From IMG/VR virus record IMGVR_UViG_3300027887_000463, positions 9,371 to 73,370 of that record: a stretch of 64,000 nt of DNA. The stretch is one strand, 5' to 3'. The translations under genes and the position numbers were made by a program. The notes under the pieces are model-generated. The model was not told where the DNA came from, did no database searches, and saw only the letters and a program-made list of their open reading frames with translations. Below, piece after piece: positions 20,501 through 29,266 of this stretch. Origin of the DNA: a virus. Every line of letters starts with the position of its first letter. Within the stretch, counting starts at the first letter, position 1.

Positions 20501-23500
20501 AATATCCTGTTATCGGTACTTCTTCTATTCCTTTTTATGTTGATGCCTACGGAAATTTCTATACAAAAATCACAGAGTATTTACAAACAGCTTATGAAAC
20601 AACCTCTATTTCCGGATTAACCTTAAGCCCAACTACACCAAAGAATATGCGAATCGAGTCGCTGATACCTCGTTCTTTCAATGAGAGTGGTTCAGGAGGA
20701 GGTTTAGTTTATGAGAGCTCGACTGGAGAATATAAATCGTTTACTTATACTAGTGCAAGTGTTACTTGGGGTGGTTTTGACTTTATTTATACATTATTAA
20801 ATTGTACTAGCGATGTTGGAAATATTGTTGTTCCAGTCGGTGGACGCATATTCGCACGCCGTTCCGTTACAACTATTAACGATGGTGGAGCGTTTTCTCT
20901 TTCAACCTATGGCCCAAGAGGTGTTTATATAGGAGGTACTAATGGTAGCAGTATTCCATTATTAAGAGTTGAACAATACGATAGCGATGCGGGAACTGAT
21001 TATCAAAGCCGTGCTGTTGAAATATATCATTACTCAAAATTCCATGGAAGTACACAACCACACTATGCACAATGGATTATTGGCGGAGGTTATGGTTCAT
21101 ATAGAGGATTATCGGTTTATGCGGATTCCACGGGATGGACTCCTACTGCAAGCGGGCAAGATACTATCCGTGGAGTGGAAGCAGATACATATGCCGAAAC
21201 AACGGCTGGATCAAATTATGCGTTGGCAGGAGTGGCTCAGGGCGGAATAGTTGCAGTGGGTATATATGCATCCGCCACTGGTGGTGGGTCTTTAGGTTCG
21301 TACGCCGGTATTTTTGCTAATGCTCCTACTCGCTTTGATAAACAATTACAAATAGCTGAGATTTCTTCCCCTACAACACCTGGAACGGGTTATGGATATC
21401 TTTATGCTAAATCCGATAATCTTATTTACTGGAAGAGCGATGCCGGAATTGAATACGATCTTACTGGAGCATCCTCTGCTTCTGGAATCACTTCCATTAA
21501 CACCCTTACCTCAACCGCTCAAACACTTGTTGTAGGAACAGCGGGTACCGGATTTAATATAGTTTCCACGGGTAGTACCCACACATTTAATCTTCCATTT
21601 GCAGGCATATCCACTAGCGGAATTGTGTCGACTGGAGTTCAAACCTTTAGCGGGCAAAAAACATTTAACAATAATGTTCATATAAATGGAAATTTAGTTT
21701 TTGATGGTACCTACACAATTTATCCTCAGGATGCCACTGTTGCAAATGATTTAACAATAATGGGTGGGGTGGGCTCCGGCTCCGGTGCGAGTGGTGGAAT
21801 ACTTTATTTAATGGGTGGTGAGGGTAATGGTATAGGCGACACCGGTATTGTGTCGATGGCCTATAACGGAACTAGTCTCGGAGGCGTTGTTATTGGTAGT
21901 AATGTGCTTACTGCCGGATATTTACTTGACGTATATGGTGATATACGTGGCTATAATATAAATGCAATAACAGCACTTAAACTTAATGGCGCTGATATTA
22001 ATACAGCAGGAACTCTTTCCAATGTTGCATATCTGAATCAAGCAAATCGGTTTACTGCGCGACAAGGCATATTCTCCGTAGCCCCACAACTTGTAGTTTC
22101 TGGATTGACTAACAGTGAGATTGAGGTACGTTCTACTTCTGGCGGCCCGGCGTCTATAAGCTTTTATAATGGAACAGATTTTTGGCAATTTGGTCATGCC
22201 ACTACGGTTGGATATTATCTATTTCAATATAATTCATCGACCAAGATGTCAATTAACTCGGCCGGACAAATGACTATAAACCGGATAGGTACTCCCACAC
22301 CTTTAGCAACTCTTGATGTTAACGGAAATGCCTACATAGCCACAGGACTTGATGTTCCCGAGGGTCCGGTTCACATAGGCGCCGCTGTAGGAGCTTTCAC
22401 CGCATCAGGAATAACCTTCGACAAGGCTAATCAATCACAGCTAGTTAATGTGTGGGGTATCGATGCTGCCAACTCGACAACATCAAATCCTGGATATTGG
22501 GGAATTTATTCGGTAGATGCTAATGGAAACGCCTCTCAATCATATGATATTCGCGCAACACATGACATTGCAATTAAATATGATACCGATAATACACATT
22601 CAGGAACATTTAAAGTATGGCGAGGAAATACTCTTGGTGGAGGAACCGGAGTATTTACACTTGATGCTACAGGACAAGCAACTTTAGTAAGTGGATTAAC
22701 CTTAGGTACATATTTACAACTTCCAGAAATCTCTGCTCCAACAACCCCATCCTCTGGATTCGGATTGCTCTATGCCAAATCAGATAGCAAGCTCTGGTTT
22801 AAGAGTGATACGGGGCAAGAATATAATCTTACTGCATCTGGGGTAACAGGACCAGCAGGTTCTAATTCATATGTTCAGTATAACGATAATGGTATTTTTG
22901 GAGGAACATCTAATTTCGAATGGGTAAACGCTAGTAACTCGTTGCTCATCACGGGTTCAATGCAAATTAGTAAGGCTACCTCAGGAACAATTTGGGCATT
23001 GAATAGCTTTACAAATGGTTTAGGACGAGTGTTGGAATTAGAAAATTCGTATGCAACAGTGGCGATAGAAGGTGGGCCGCGACAATATTTTCGAGCTACT
23101 CTTACAGGCGAAGGAGGAAACGAAAGCTTTGATCTTTCGGCTATCGCAGGAATTGTTGAAAATGGAGATGCTTTTGATACATATCAAGGTGCTCTGGCCT
23201 TCTATTATTTTGGAGGAGAGGGGACTGCTGTAACTGAAGGAGCACGTCTTGGATCTGATGGTATGTTTAATATGTGGAAAAATGCCAGTGTCTCCGGACT
23301 CATACGAATAAAAGAAATAAATGCTCCAACTACCCCTCCATCAACATATGGTTATTTATATGCAGGAACAGATAGCAAGTTATACTGGGCAAATGATCTT
23401 GGTACTACATACGATCTTACTGCCTCCGGAACTAGTGGTGGAGGTATTTCCTCTGTCGGTTCTCCCGCGGCAACCCAAGTAGCATATTGGGCTTCATCAA

Positions 23501-26500
23501 CAGCCCTAAGCGGTCATATAGGCTTTACTTATCTTCCCGGAACAAGTGCTCTGTCCGTAAGCGGTCTTATTGCTCTTGGATCCATTCCATCTTCAACAGG
23601 TATTCTGAGAATTCCAAATAACAATTCCATAGGATGGAGAAATGCTGCCAATTCAGGTGATTATACACTAGCTCTAAACAGTTCTAATTTATTTGCCTTC
23701 TCAAATAGTTTAACTGTTACGGGGGGTACTACAATTTCTACTACCCACACAGTTACTCAATCTACAATTACCGGCAATACTCCCGCATTCGATGGTTCGG
23801 CAACATGGAATAACTCCGCCGTGACTTTCCGGGGTATTGAGTTTGCAATAACAACGGGAGGTGCGGGGTATCAAACTACTTCTACACTTCTTCGGTTAAG
23901 AACAGATTCAGGCGATCGATTCTATGTCCAAGCCAATGGAGCAACACTTATTGGTTTGGCCGGGTCAGATTTAACAATTAACAATTCAACCGTCTATGCT
24001 ACTGGAGCAACCGTTTATACTGGCGATAACCTGCATGTGGGTGTATCAGATGGTCAAGCGGGGATAACTTTTCATGGAGCAAGCTCTGCAAATAAATGGG
24101 GTTTTTATAAACTTACCAGTACCTATGACTTTGTACTTTATAATTATACAAGTACTAGAAACGTCTTAAGATTTGCCGAAGCAGCAGGAAATCTAACTAC
24201 CCTATACGCCAACATGGTGATTGAGGGTACAACCGGATTCAACGCTAATGGCGAAACTGCACAGCTAAGTATTGGCGATACTAACCATTATGCTAAAGCA
24301 GTGTATGGTTCTGGACTTGCTTATGTAACCGCTACAAATGAAGACTTTACATACTTTGCTGGATCCACCTTCATATATCGTTTAGGTGGAACAGGTCTTC
24401 TCACTATTAAAGAATTAACAGCTCCTACAACAACAGCTTTGTCAGGATATGGATATCTCTATGCCAATACTGCTGATGGAAAATTGTATTGGAAAGATGA
24501 TGCTGGTACAGTATATGATCTAACTCTGGGAAGTTCGCTTCCTGCTGACAATATAACAGGATTAGGCGCTTCGAATCGAGTAGCTTATTTTACTGGAAAT
24601 TATACCATTTCTGGAAATAATAATTTCACTTACAACGGAAGTACCATTTCTGTAAGCGGTCTACTCGATTATAATTATACTACGGCTGATACTCATTGGA
24701 ATTTGGGAACACGTGCTCTTACTCTTCATGGTACGGGCGGGGCCGATGTTGGTTATACACAAATCGCAATGTATGGCGATTCAACTGGTGAGCGTCCAGG
24801 ATTCGTTATGGGCAGATTGGGGCCTGAATTTTACATTAATGTTGTTAACACAACTAACAGAGTCTTTTCAAACTCCTTCGCTGGACTAACTACGATGATC
24901 AGTGTTAGCGGCCTGGCCCTTGGTACACAGTCTGGTAATGCGGACCTAATGGTATTTGGACAAAAAGTAGGTATCAATAGAACTCCAACCGCGTATGCAT
25001 TGGAAGTAGATGGGGATATTAATCTAGAGGCGGGCCATATACTGCGCTATGCGGGAACAGATGCATTTGCTGGATATACTCCTACTTCTAGAACACTAAC
25101 GCTTACTCCTGGAGCGGGAATTGGCATTGCTCCTGGAGGAGCACAAGATCTTTCAGCTAATCGATCTTGGACAGTAACAGTATCTGGTACAATCGGGGCG
25201 ACTGCAACATGGAATGGTCAGGTTATATCTTCAACATATCTTGATGCAAATATAGCTTATAAAAATGCTAGCGCTAATATAACAGCCGATTGGATTTTTG
25301 ATGGCTCAACTTATCAGGGTATAACTGTTGGAGGGGAATCAGAAAACGGTGTTGTTAGATTTAAAACCGTAGGATCATATGGAACACTAACGTCTCTTGA
25401 CCTAGCTTCAGATTATACCTGGTATCTTCCAAATGCAAGCGGAGTTATTGCTCTCACTAAGGATCTTAACGCTTATTCTCCAGCAACTAGAACACTTACA
25501 TTAGTTCCGGGAGGAGGGGTTGGAATAACTCCTGGAGGAGCACAAGATCTTTCAGCTAATCGATCTTGGACCTTAACTGCGTCTGGAATAACTGTACTTC
25601 AAGGAGGTACGGGGGCCACAACACTAACTGGATGGGTCTATGGCAACGGCAGTAGTGCCATGACCGCCACAACAACCCCAACATTTGGGGCGGGAAGTAC
25701 TTGGAATGGTAACGCTATCTCGAGTACATATCTTGATGCTAATATAGCTTATAAGAATGCTGCCAATACATTCTCTCTGTCCCAAACAATTTCTGCAGAT
25801 CTTATTTTCTCCGGAGCCAATCGTACTATTTACTCGCTCGATGCTGCTACGGCAAGTGCGCTATATATAAGAGCAGGCTCATCATCAACTTCAGGCGGTG
25901 CTGGTGCTAATCTCTTTGTATGCGGCGGCCCAGGTAATGGGGCTGGAACTGATGGTAATGTTCTTCTTGCTTGGGATGGAGGCAGTATAGGTGCCGTAGC
26001 CATTGGACAAGGAACTGTTACAGCCACTTATTTACTGGACGTAGCTGGTTCTATCCGATCAAGTTCAAGTATTAATGCCGTAACATCATTCTTATTAAAT
26101 GGCGCTAGTCTTAATACGGGTGGAACTTTATCCAATGTTGCTTATAAAGATGCCACCAACCTCTTTACAGGAGCAATGAATGGCTTTTCTCAGACAGTAT
26201 CTGTTAGCGGACTATTAGATTATAACTATACAGCAGCAGACACTCGATGGAATCTTGGAACACGTGCTGTAGTTATAATAGGTACAGGTGGTTCAGATGT
26301 TGGTTATAATCAATTACAATTATTAGGAGGGTCAACTGGAGAGCGTCCGGGCCTTTCTATAGGACGTGCCGTAGGAGAATTAGGTATTTCTATAGCTAAT
26401 CAAACTAATAGAATCTTCTTAAACAGTGCTGCAGGTATTGCAACATTCTTTGATACTACCGGTATTCTCCTTGGTACGCAATCTGGAAATGCTGATCTGG

Positions 26501-27291
26501 CAATCGTTGGACAAAAAGTTGGTATTAATAAAACTCCAGTGACATATGCTCTTGAGGTCGATGGCGATGTAGACTTGGATAGTACTCACGTATATAGATT
26601 GGCTGGGGCGGATATTAATACGGCTGGCACATTAACTAATGTAGCGTATGAAAATCAGGCAAATACCTTTACTCAAAATAATCTATTCAATGGAACGGTT
26701 AATACCTTCTCCAGCAACGTTGTAGTCAGCGGAACATTGACAGCAAGAGCTACCAAGAATTATTTTGGTACCGCAAATTCTACTATATCCGTTAATGGTA
26801 TGTCGGTATATGGGTCTGGAAATACACGTGTAGTTGTTGAAGCTACGTCTGGTAATGCTGAAATTAATTTAGTACAAAGCACCAATACCTGGGCTATTTA
26901 TACTGGAGCAGGTTCTCTATTCTTCTACAATGGAGGAAATAGGGTTGAAATAGATACCTCTGGAAATGCTATCTTTGCCGGAGATGTTACAGCAAATGGT
27001 TCTCCATCCGATATGGTGTTGAAGATGAACATCAAGGATATGAAGCCTGCTCTGGATAAGATTCTGTCTATGCGACCCGTTGAATTTGACTGGAATCCAG
27101 AAAAGATTGAACGAAGAAAAGGACATGATGTGGGTCTTATTGCCCAAGAGGTTGAGAAGATTGCTCCAGAGTTGGTAACAACTGGGCAGGATGGTATCAA
27201 GAGAATTCATTACGATAAGGCAATACCACTTCTTATCGCAGCTATAAAAGAACTAAAGGATAGGTTAGACAATGTCGGTAGAGCTGAATAA
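17566..27291 (+). CDS. giant tail fibre protein with C-terminal S74 intramolecular-chaperone domain
   Basis: 3241 aa. The C-terminus SDMVLKMNIKDMKPALDKILSMRPVEFDWNPEKIERRKGHDVGLIAQEVEKIAPELVTTGQDGIKRIHYDKAIPLLIAAIKELKDRL matches the Peptidase_S74 (endosialidase-type chaperone) pattern. The upstream part consists of many fibre-type repeats. Confidence 0.8.
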   Translation: MASFLLKRTTDSIAYGTKVKNGRYVVGAYVVLYNSTTSTLIGQTQTDKYGRWYIIINTSTPDPGIYQVRFYGSGLISAEPPDGDWEFVEIVDTTAAQQGAVTYRGIWKVGTQYYGSAIYHEAVKAPDGKYYYSIADSLGVQPPNAGSWTYFSDQFASVATDLLLAQDVAVGRTITLGTALEDGGAGGILQTAGVTGLRSGTGGFYVKGSGLSELRIGTVDGANLVSGLLWDGPNNIFEIRSKNFSIDQYGNVTITGLITATSGLIGGWTIGPTSLYSNSGAGVGMSSGDWPFYAGDTNPANAEFRVSNAGALYASNATISGSISASSGVIGGWIIGPTYLYSTNVGLAPYDYPVFAGADYSSRASAPFRVNTAGSIYSISGIIGGWALDTNTLTALTNGQIRTGSSGTYITLDRNYLQSSTYISGNQGFRITSSTADAEFNNIVARGTFRASVFAIDEVNATGGTMMVTDAAEVVSGLTTPNDLSTTWYLCARKTYTNQAAMFGGPGTATGYVIRLKFADQAVNGVTDIWATRTSAAAVDGGTYWRFTVQNATVNSQNKNIYKGTAAVGYGTSTSKKIILTSDLGGSAVTPYIDMFTTGSSPWNGVTTNLRLGNLTGITDPSYGTLPSGTYGLYADNAYLKGAIVAASGLIGGWNIGSNYLYSTAGNGEGLAPLDYPFFAGAQYASRASAPFRVNTTGAIYSVSGIIGGWNLTPSQIFARSLVGSGMVSMYGFQASSDWWYGGFELKDWATWRTGNKARYHGFFGMSDNGSPPTKPEIVFYVGATTNTSPRSDAAFYIDMDGGMRFGGTQTQPGMTWDPNTNELTLSGIITATQGKIGGWNIGATSLYAGTGSSTVGLASSGGYAIYAGSATPSAAPFRVDPAGNVWATAGFIGGDDSSTGWEITTGSIATTLNGGEMFLSTVNLERAYASILGIDNYFAGLWTYYTGPIIPGSHEAYSSVNASTTSNVPVIFAGADTKYPVIGTSSIPFYVDAYGNFYTKITEYLQTAYETTSISGLTLSPTTPKNMRIESLIPRSFNESGSGGGLVYESSTGEYKSFTYTSASVTWGGFDFIYTLLNCTSDVGNIVVPVGGRIFARRSVTTINDGGAFSLSTYGPRGVYIGGTNGSSIPLLRVEQYDSDAGTDYQSRAVEIYHYSKFHGSTQPHYAQWIIGGGYGSYRGLSVYADSTGWTPTASGQDTIRGVEADTYAETTAGSNYALAGVAQGGIVAVGIYASATGGGSLGSYAGIFANAPTRFDKQLQIAEISSPTTPGTGYGYLYAKSDNLIYWKSDAGIEYDLTGASSASGITSINTLTSTAQTLVVGTAGTGFNIVSTGSTHTFNLPFAGISTSGIVSTGVQTFSGQKTFNNNVHINGNLVFDGTYTIYPQDATVANDLTIMGGVGSGSGASGGILYLMGGEGNGIGDTGIVSMAYNGTSLGGVVIGSNVLTAGYLLDVYGDIRGYNINAITALKLNGADINTAGTLSNVAYLNQANRFTARQGIFSVAPQLVVSGLTNSEIEVRSTSGGPASISFYNGTDFWQFGHATTVGYYLFQYNSSTKMSINSAGQMTINRIGTPTPLATLDVNGNAYIATGLDVPEGPVHIGAAVGAFTASGITFDKANQSQLVNVWGIDAANSTTSNPGYWGIYSVDANGNASQSYDIRATHDIAIKYDTDNTHSGTFKVWRGNTLGGGTGVFTLDATGQATLVSGLTLGTYLQLPEISAPTTPSSGFGLLYAKSDSKLWFKSDTGQEYNLTASGVTGPAGSNSYVQYNDNGIFGGTSNFEWVNASNSLLITGSMQISKATSGTIWALNSFTNGLGRVLELENSYATVAIEGGPRQYFRATLTGEGGNESFDLSAIAGIVENGDAFDTYQGALAFYYFGGEGTAVTEGARLGSDGMFNMWKNASVSGLIRIKEINAPTTPPSTYGYLYAGTDSKLYWANDLGTTYDLTASGTSGGGISSVGSPAATQVAYWASSTALSGHIGFTYLPGTSALSVSGLIALGSIPSSTGILRIPNNNSIGWRNAANSGDYTLALNSSNLFAFSNSLTVTGGTTISTTHTVTQSTITGNTPAFDGSATWNNSAVTFRGIEFAITTGGAGYQTTSTLLRLRTDSGDRFYVQANGATLIGLAGSDLTINNSTVYATGATVYTGDNLHVGVSDGQAGITFHGASSANKWGFYKLTSTYDFVLYNYTSTRNVLRFAEAAGNLTTLYANMVIEGTTGFNANGETAQLSIGDTNHYAKAVYGSGLAYVTATNEDFTYFAGSTFIYRLGGTGLLTIKELTAPTTTALSGYGYLYANTADGKLYWKDDAGTVYDLTLGSSLPADNITGLGASNRVAYFTGNYTISGNNNFTYNGSTISVSGLLDYNYTTADTHWNLGTRALTLHGTGGADVGYTQIAMYGDSTGERPGFVMGRLGPEFYINVVNTTNRVFSNSFAGLTTMISVSGLALGTQSGNADLMVFGQKVGINRTPTAYALEVDGDINLEAGHILRYAGTDAFAGYTPTSRTLTLTPGAGIGIAPGGAQDLSANRSWTVTVSGTIGATATWNGQVISSTYLDANIAYKNASANITADWIFDGSTYQGITVGGESENGVVRFKTVGSYGTLTSLDLASDYTWYLPNASGVIALTKDLNAYSPATRTLTLVPGGGVGITPGGAQDLSANRSWTLTASGITVLQGGTGATTLTGWVYGNGSSAMTATTTPTFGAGSTWNGNAISSTYLDANIAYKNAANTFSLSQTISADLIFSGANRTIYSLDAATASALYIRAGSSSTSGGAGANLFVCGGPGNGAGTDGNVLLAWDGGSIGAVAIGQGTVTATYLLDVAGSIRSSSSINAVTSFLLNGASLNTGGTLSNVAYKDATNLFTGAMNGFSQTVSVSGLLDYNYTAADTRWNLGTRAVVIIGTGGSDVGYNQLQLLGGSTGERPGLSIGRAVGELGISIANQTNRIFLNSAAGIATFFDTTGILLGTQSGNADLAIVGQKVGINKTPVTYALEVDGDVDLDSTHVYRLAGADINTAGTLTNVAYENQANTFTQNNLFNGTVNTFSSNVVVSGTLTARATKNYFGTANSTISVNGMSVYGSGNTRVVVEATSGNAEINLVQSTNTWAIYTGAGSLFFYNGGNRVEIDTSGNAIFAGDVTANGSPSDMVLKMNIKDMKPALDKILSMRPVEFDWNPEKIERRKGHDVGLIAQEVEKIAPELVTTGQDGIKRIHYDKAIPLLIAAIKELKDRLDNVGRAE
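18345..20260 (+). repeat. degenerate intragenic repeats (SGxIGGW...LYS / APFRVN..G.IY) in the fibre gene; coordinates approximate
   Basis: Copies seen in the translation are SGLIGGWTIGPTSLYS, SGVIGGWIIGPTYLYS, SGIIGGWALDTNTL, SGLIGGWNIGSNYLYS, SGIIGGWNLTPSQIF and QGKIGGWNIGATSLYA. They are interleaved with APFRVNTAGSIYS, APFRVNTTGAIYS and APFRVDPAGNVWA. Confidence 0.7.
21355..24525 (+). repeat. four dispersed copies of a ~36-aa motif within the fibre gene; coordinates approximate
   Basis: The four copies are EISSPTTPGTGYGYLYAKSDNLIYWKSDAGIEYDLT, EISAPTTPSSGFGLLYAKSDSKLWFKSDTGQEYNLT, EINAPTTPPSTYGYLYAGTDSKLYWANDLGTTYDLT and ELTAPTTTALSGYGYLYANTADGKLYWKDDAGTVYDLT. Confidence 0.75.
25132..25570 (+). 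repeat. 40-bp perfect direct repeat marking a larger segmental duplication inside the fibre gene
   Basis: cctggaggagcacaagatctttcagctaatcgatcttgga occurs at 25132-25171 and again at 25531-25570. Larger diverged duplicated blocks are ~24650-25060 vs ~26197-26610 (VSVSGLLDYNYT...ALEVDGD) and ~21750-22060 vs ~25860-26170 (...YLLDV.G.IR...GTLSNVAY). Confidence 0.85.
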
Positions 27292-27820
27292 TAACTTTGA
27301 TTCGAGTACTAAGGAAGGTATCCGTATGACATCGGACGTAGAGTTCTTTAGAGATTCCGCGAATGTCCTCAGAACTCCCGATAATCTTACAATAGATCTG
27401 GATATCTATCAAGATGATGTTGTGTATCCATATGTATCATATAGTTTTGTTACAGGACTAACTACAATTACTATTAAAGTTAGAAGATTTGATGCCGCTG
27501 ATTCGGCAAATAACTATCATCACGTTCATTGGTGGATTAGTAGTTCTTCGTATGGAGCGCCTGCCACATTGCCAAACTATGGTTCAGGTCATACATTAGC
27601 ATTGACCTCGGGAACACGAACGTCGGGAACTGCACTTCCCATTACTTTAAATACAACGAATACCGGGCTACAAACACACATTACTACAAGCAACGAAATT
27701 ATTACTCTAACAATAACCGCTACCGATGGTGGGACTGGAAATCAAGCTACAGGTTATATTATGACAGAAGTACAGGGCGTATTATACTCGACTTTATTCT
27801 ATTATGACGACTCCGTATAA
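27272..27820 (+). CDS. fibre-associated paralog family protein, copy 1
   Basis: 182 aa. It shares EG(I/L)(Q/R)(M/I)TSDVE(F/L)(F/Y)R..ANV..TPD...I..DIYQDDVVYPY, H.HWW.S.S..G.P and a C-terminal EVQG..Y block with the ORFs at 28223 and 28729. It overlaps the fibre gene end by 20 nt. Confidence 0.6.
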   Translation: MSVELNNNFDSSTKEGIRMTSDVEFFRDSANVLRTPDNLTIDLDIYQDDVVYPYVSYSFVTGLTTITIKVRRFDAADSANNYHHVHWWISSSSYGAPATLPNYGSGHTLALTSGTRTSGTALPITLNTTNTGLQTHITTSNEIITLTITATDGGTGNQATGYIMTEVQGVLYSTLFYYDDSV

Positions 27821-28232
27821 AAATATATTAGAAAAGCTTCAACAAGACGGCATACGCTTTGCCCTTACCGGAAGCTATATCATTCGCGATCTCGTTGAAG
27901 GACCACGAAAGGATCTGGATATTGTAGTTCATCCAGACGACGAAGAGAAGCTTGTTCAAACTGGGCTGGGAATACACGCTGTTTATGAGAGCCCAGAAAA
28001 ACTTTCCGGCCTTTTTCAAGTCAGGAAACAGTACATCATAGCTACAGAAGATGGTCCCTTAGATTGTATTATTCAGCTGTATGAGGGCTTTACATATACA
28101 GATGAAGCGGAGTTTGATATAGATCCGGATACGGGGTTTCCCTGTATGAGGCGCATGAGATTATATGATCTCTATATAACAAGATCTAAGGGTAAGAAGT
28201 TTAAAGATAGGGCTAAATTGATATGTCCGTAA
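27804..28232 (+). CDS. minimal nucleotidyltransferase-fold protein (tentative)
   Basis: 142 aa. LTGSYIIRDLVEGPRKDLDIVV fits the pol-beta-type NTase signature G-S-x(12)-D-x-D, with a downstream acidic residue (LDCII). It interrupts the paralog array. Confidence 0.4.
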   Translation: MTTPYKNILEKLQQDGIRFALTGSYIIRDLVEGPRKDLDIVVHPDDEEKLVQTGLGIHAVYESPEKLSGLFQVRKQYIIATEDGPLDCIIQLYEGFTYTDEAEFDIDPDTGFPCMRRMRLYDLYITRSKGKKFKDRAKLICP

Positions 28233-28741
28233 TACTGTCAAATGACCTGGGAGGAAGCACGTTAGAAGGCATTCAGATGACTTCTGATGTTGAGTTGTAT
28301 AGAAGCACCGCCAATGTGGGAAGAACCCCGGATAATTTTTCCATTGCCACCGATATCTATCAAGATGATGTCGTGTATCCCTATCTAACAGTCGGGGGAA
28401 GTGATAGCACACGAACTATCACCATCAAATGTCGAAAATTTAATGGTTCCGACTCTGCCAACAATAGAATGGTTGTTCACTGGTGGACAAGTACAAGTGC
28501 GTATGGAACTCCGGGATTTCTGGCGGGAGACCTTGGCTTCACCCCAAGTTTAACAGCAGGTACAAGCCTTACAACTCTCAGTTTATCAGCATTGAATACA
28601 ACGCTTACTGATTCAAACGAAACTATTACAGTATCTATAACAAGCTCAAACAATGATAATCAACAAACCTTTTATTTTATGGCTGAGGTACAGGGCATTG
28701 TCTATGGAACAAGCACAACTATTTTTATTTGGGTAGCCTAA
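28223..28741 (+). CDS. fibre-associated paralog family protein, copy 2
   Basis: 172 aa. Paralog of 27272 and 28729, with the same conserved N-terminal half and the AEVQGIVYGTS tail. Confidence 0.6.
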   Translation: MSVILSNDLGGSTLEGIQMTSDVELYRSTANVGRTPDNFSIATDIYQDDVVYPYLTVGGSDSTRTITIKCRKFNGSDSANNRMVVHWWTSTSAYGTPGFLAGDLGFTPSLTAGTSLTTLSLSALNTTLTDSNETITVSITSSNNDNQQTFYFMAEVQGIVYGTSTTIFIWVA

Positions 28742-29265
28742 TGTCACTTATACTATCAAATAATCTTGGGGGAAGTACGCTGGAAGGACTACAAATCACC
28801 TCTGATGTGGAGTTCTATCGAAGCGCGGCTAATGTCCTTCATACTCCAGACAGTCTATCCATTGACTCCGATATATATCAGGACGATGTTGTATATCCAT
28901 ATCTTCTTGTCGGGGGTACACAGCAATCCAGAACTTTCACTATTAAAGTTAGAAAGTTTGATGGAAATGATAGTGCTAATACAAGACACCAGGTCCACTG
29001 GTGGACTAGTACCTCGTCCTGGGGTGCTCCAAGTATTCTTACAGGAGGTTCTGGTATTTCAATAGCCATTACCACCGGAACAAATCATGGAACGGTAAGT
29101 GGAAGTGCTTTGAATACATCCTGGACCGATAGTAATGAAACGATTGTCATTACCGTAACTACATCGAATACTTCAGGCTCCTCAACATTGTATTTCCATG
29201 CTGAGGTTCAGGGAATAGCCTATCAAACGAGTGGAACCGTATATACAGTAGCATCGAGCGCTTAA
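28729..29265 (+). CDS. fibre-associated paralog family protein, copy 3
   Basis: 178 aa. Paralog of 27272 and 28223. It overlaps copy 2 by 13 nt. Confidence 0.6.
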   Translation: MGSLMSLILSNNLGGSTLEGLQITSDVEFYRSAANVLHTPDSLSIDSDIYQDDVVYPYLLVGGTQQSRTFTIKVRKFDGNDSANTRHQVHWWTSTSSWGAPSILTGGSGISIAITTGTNHGTVSGSALNTSWTDSNETIVITVTTSNTSGSSTLYFHAEVQGIAYQTSGTVYTVASSA

Positions 29266-29266
29266 T

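Noticed and set aside
28766-29065. Alternative-frame 99-aa ORF inside paralog copy 3, and similar alternative-frame ORFs at 20969..21320 inside the fibre gene.
   Set aside because: They overlap well-supported coding frames (paralog conservation and fibre repeats) and lack an RBS.
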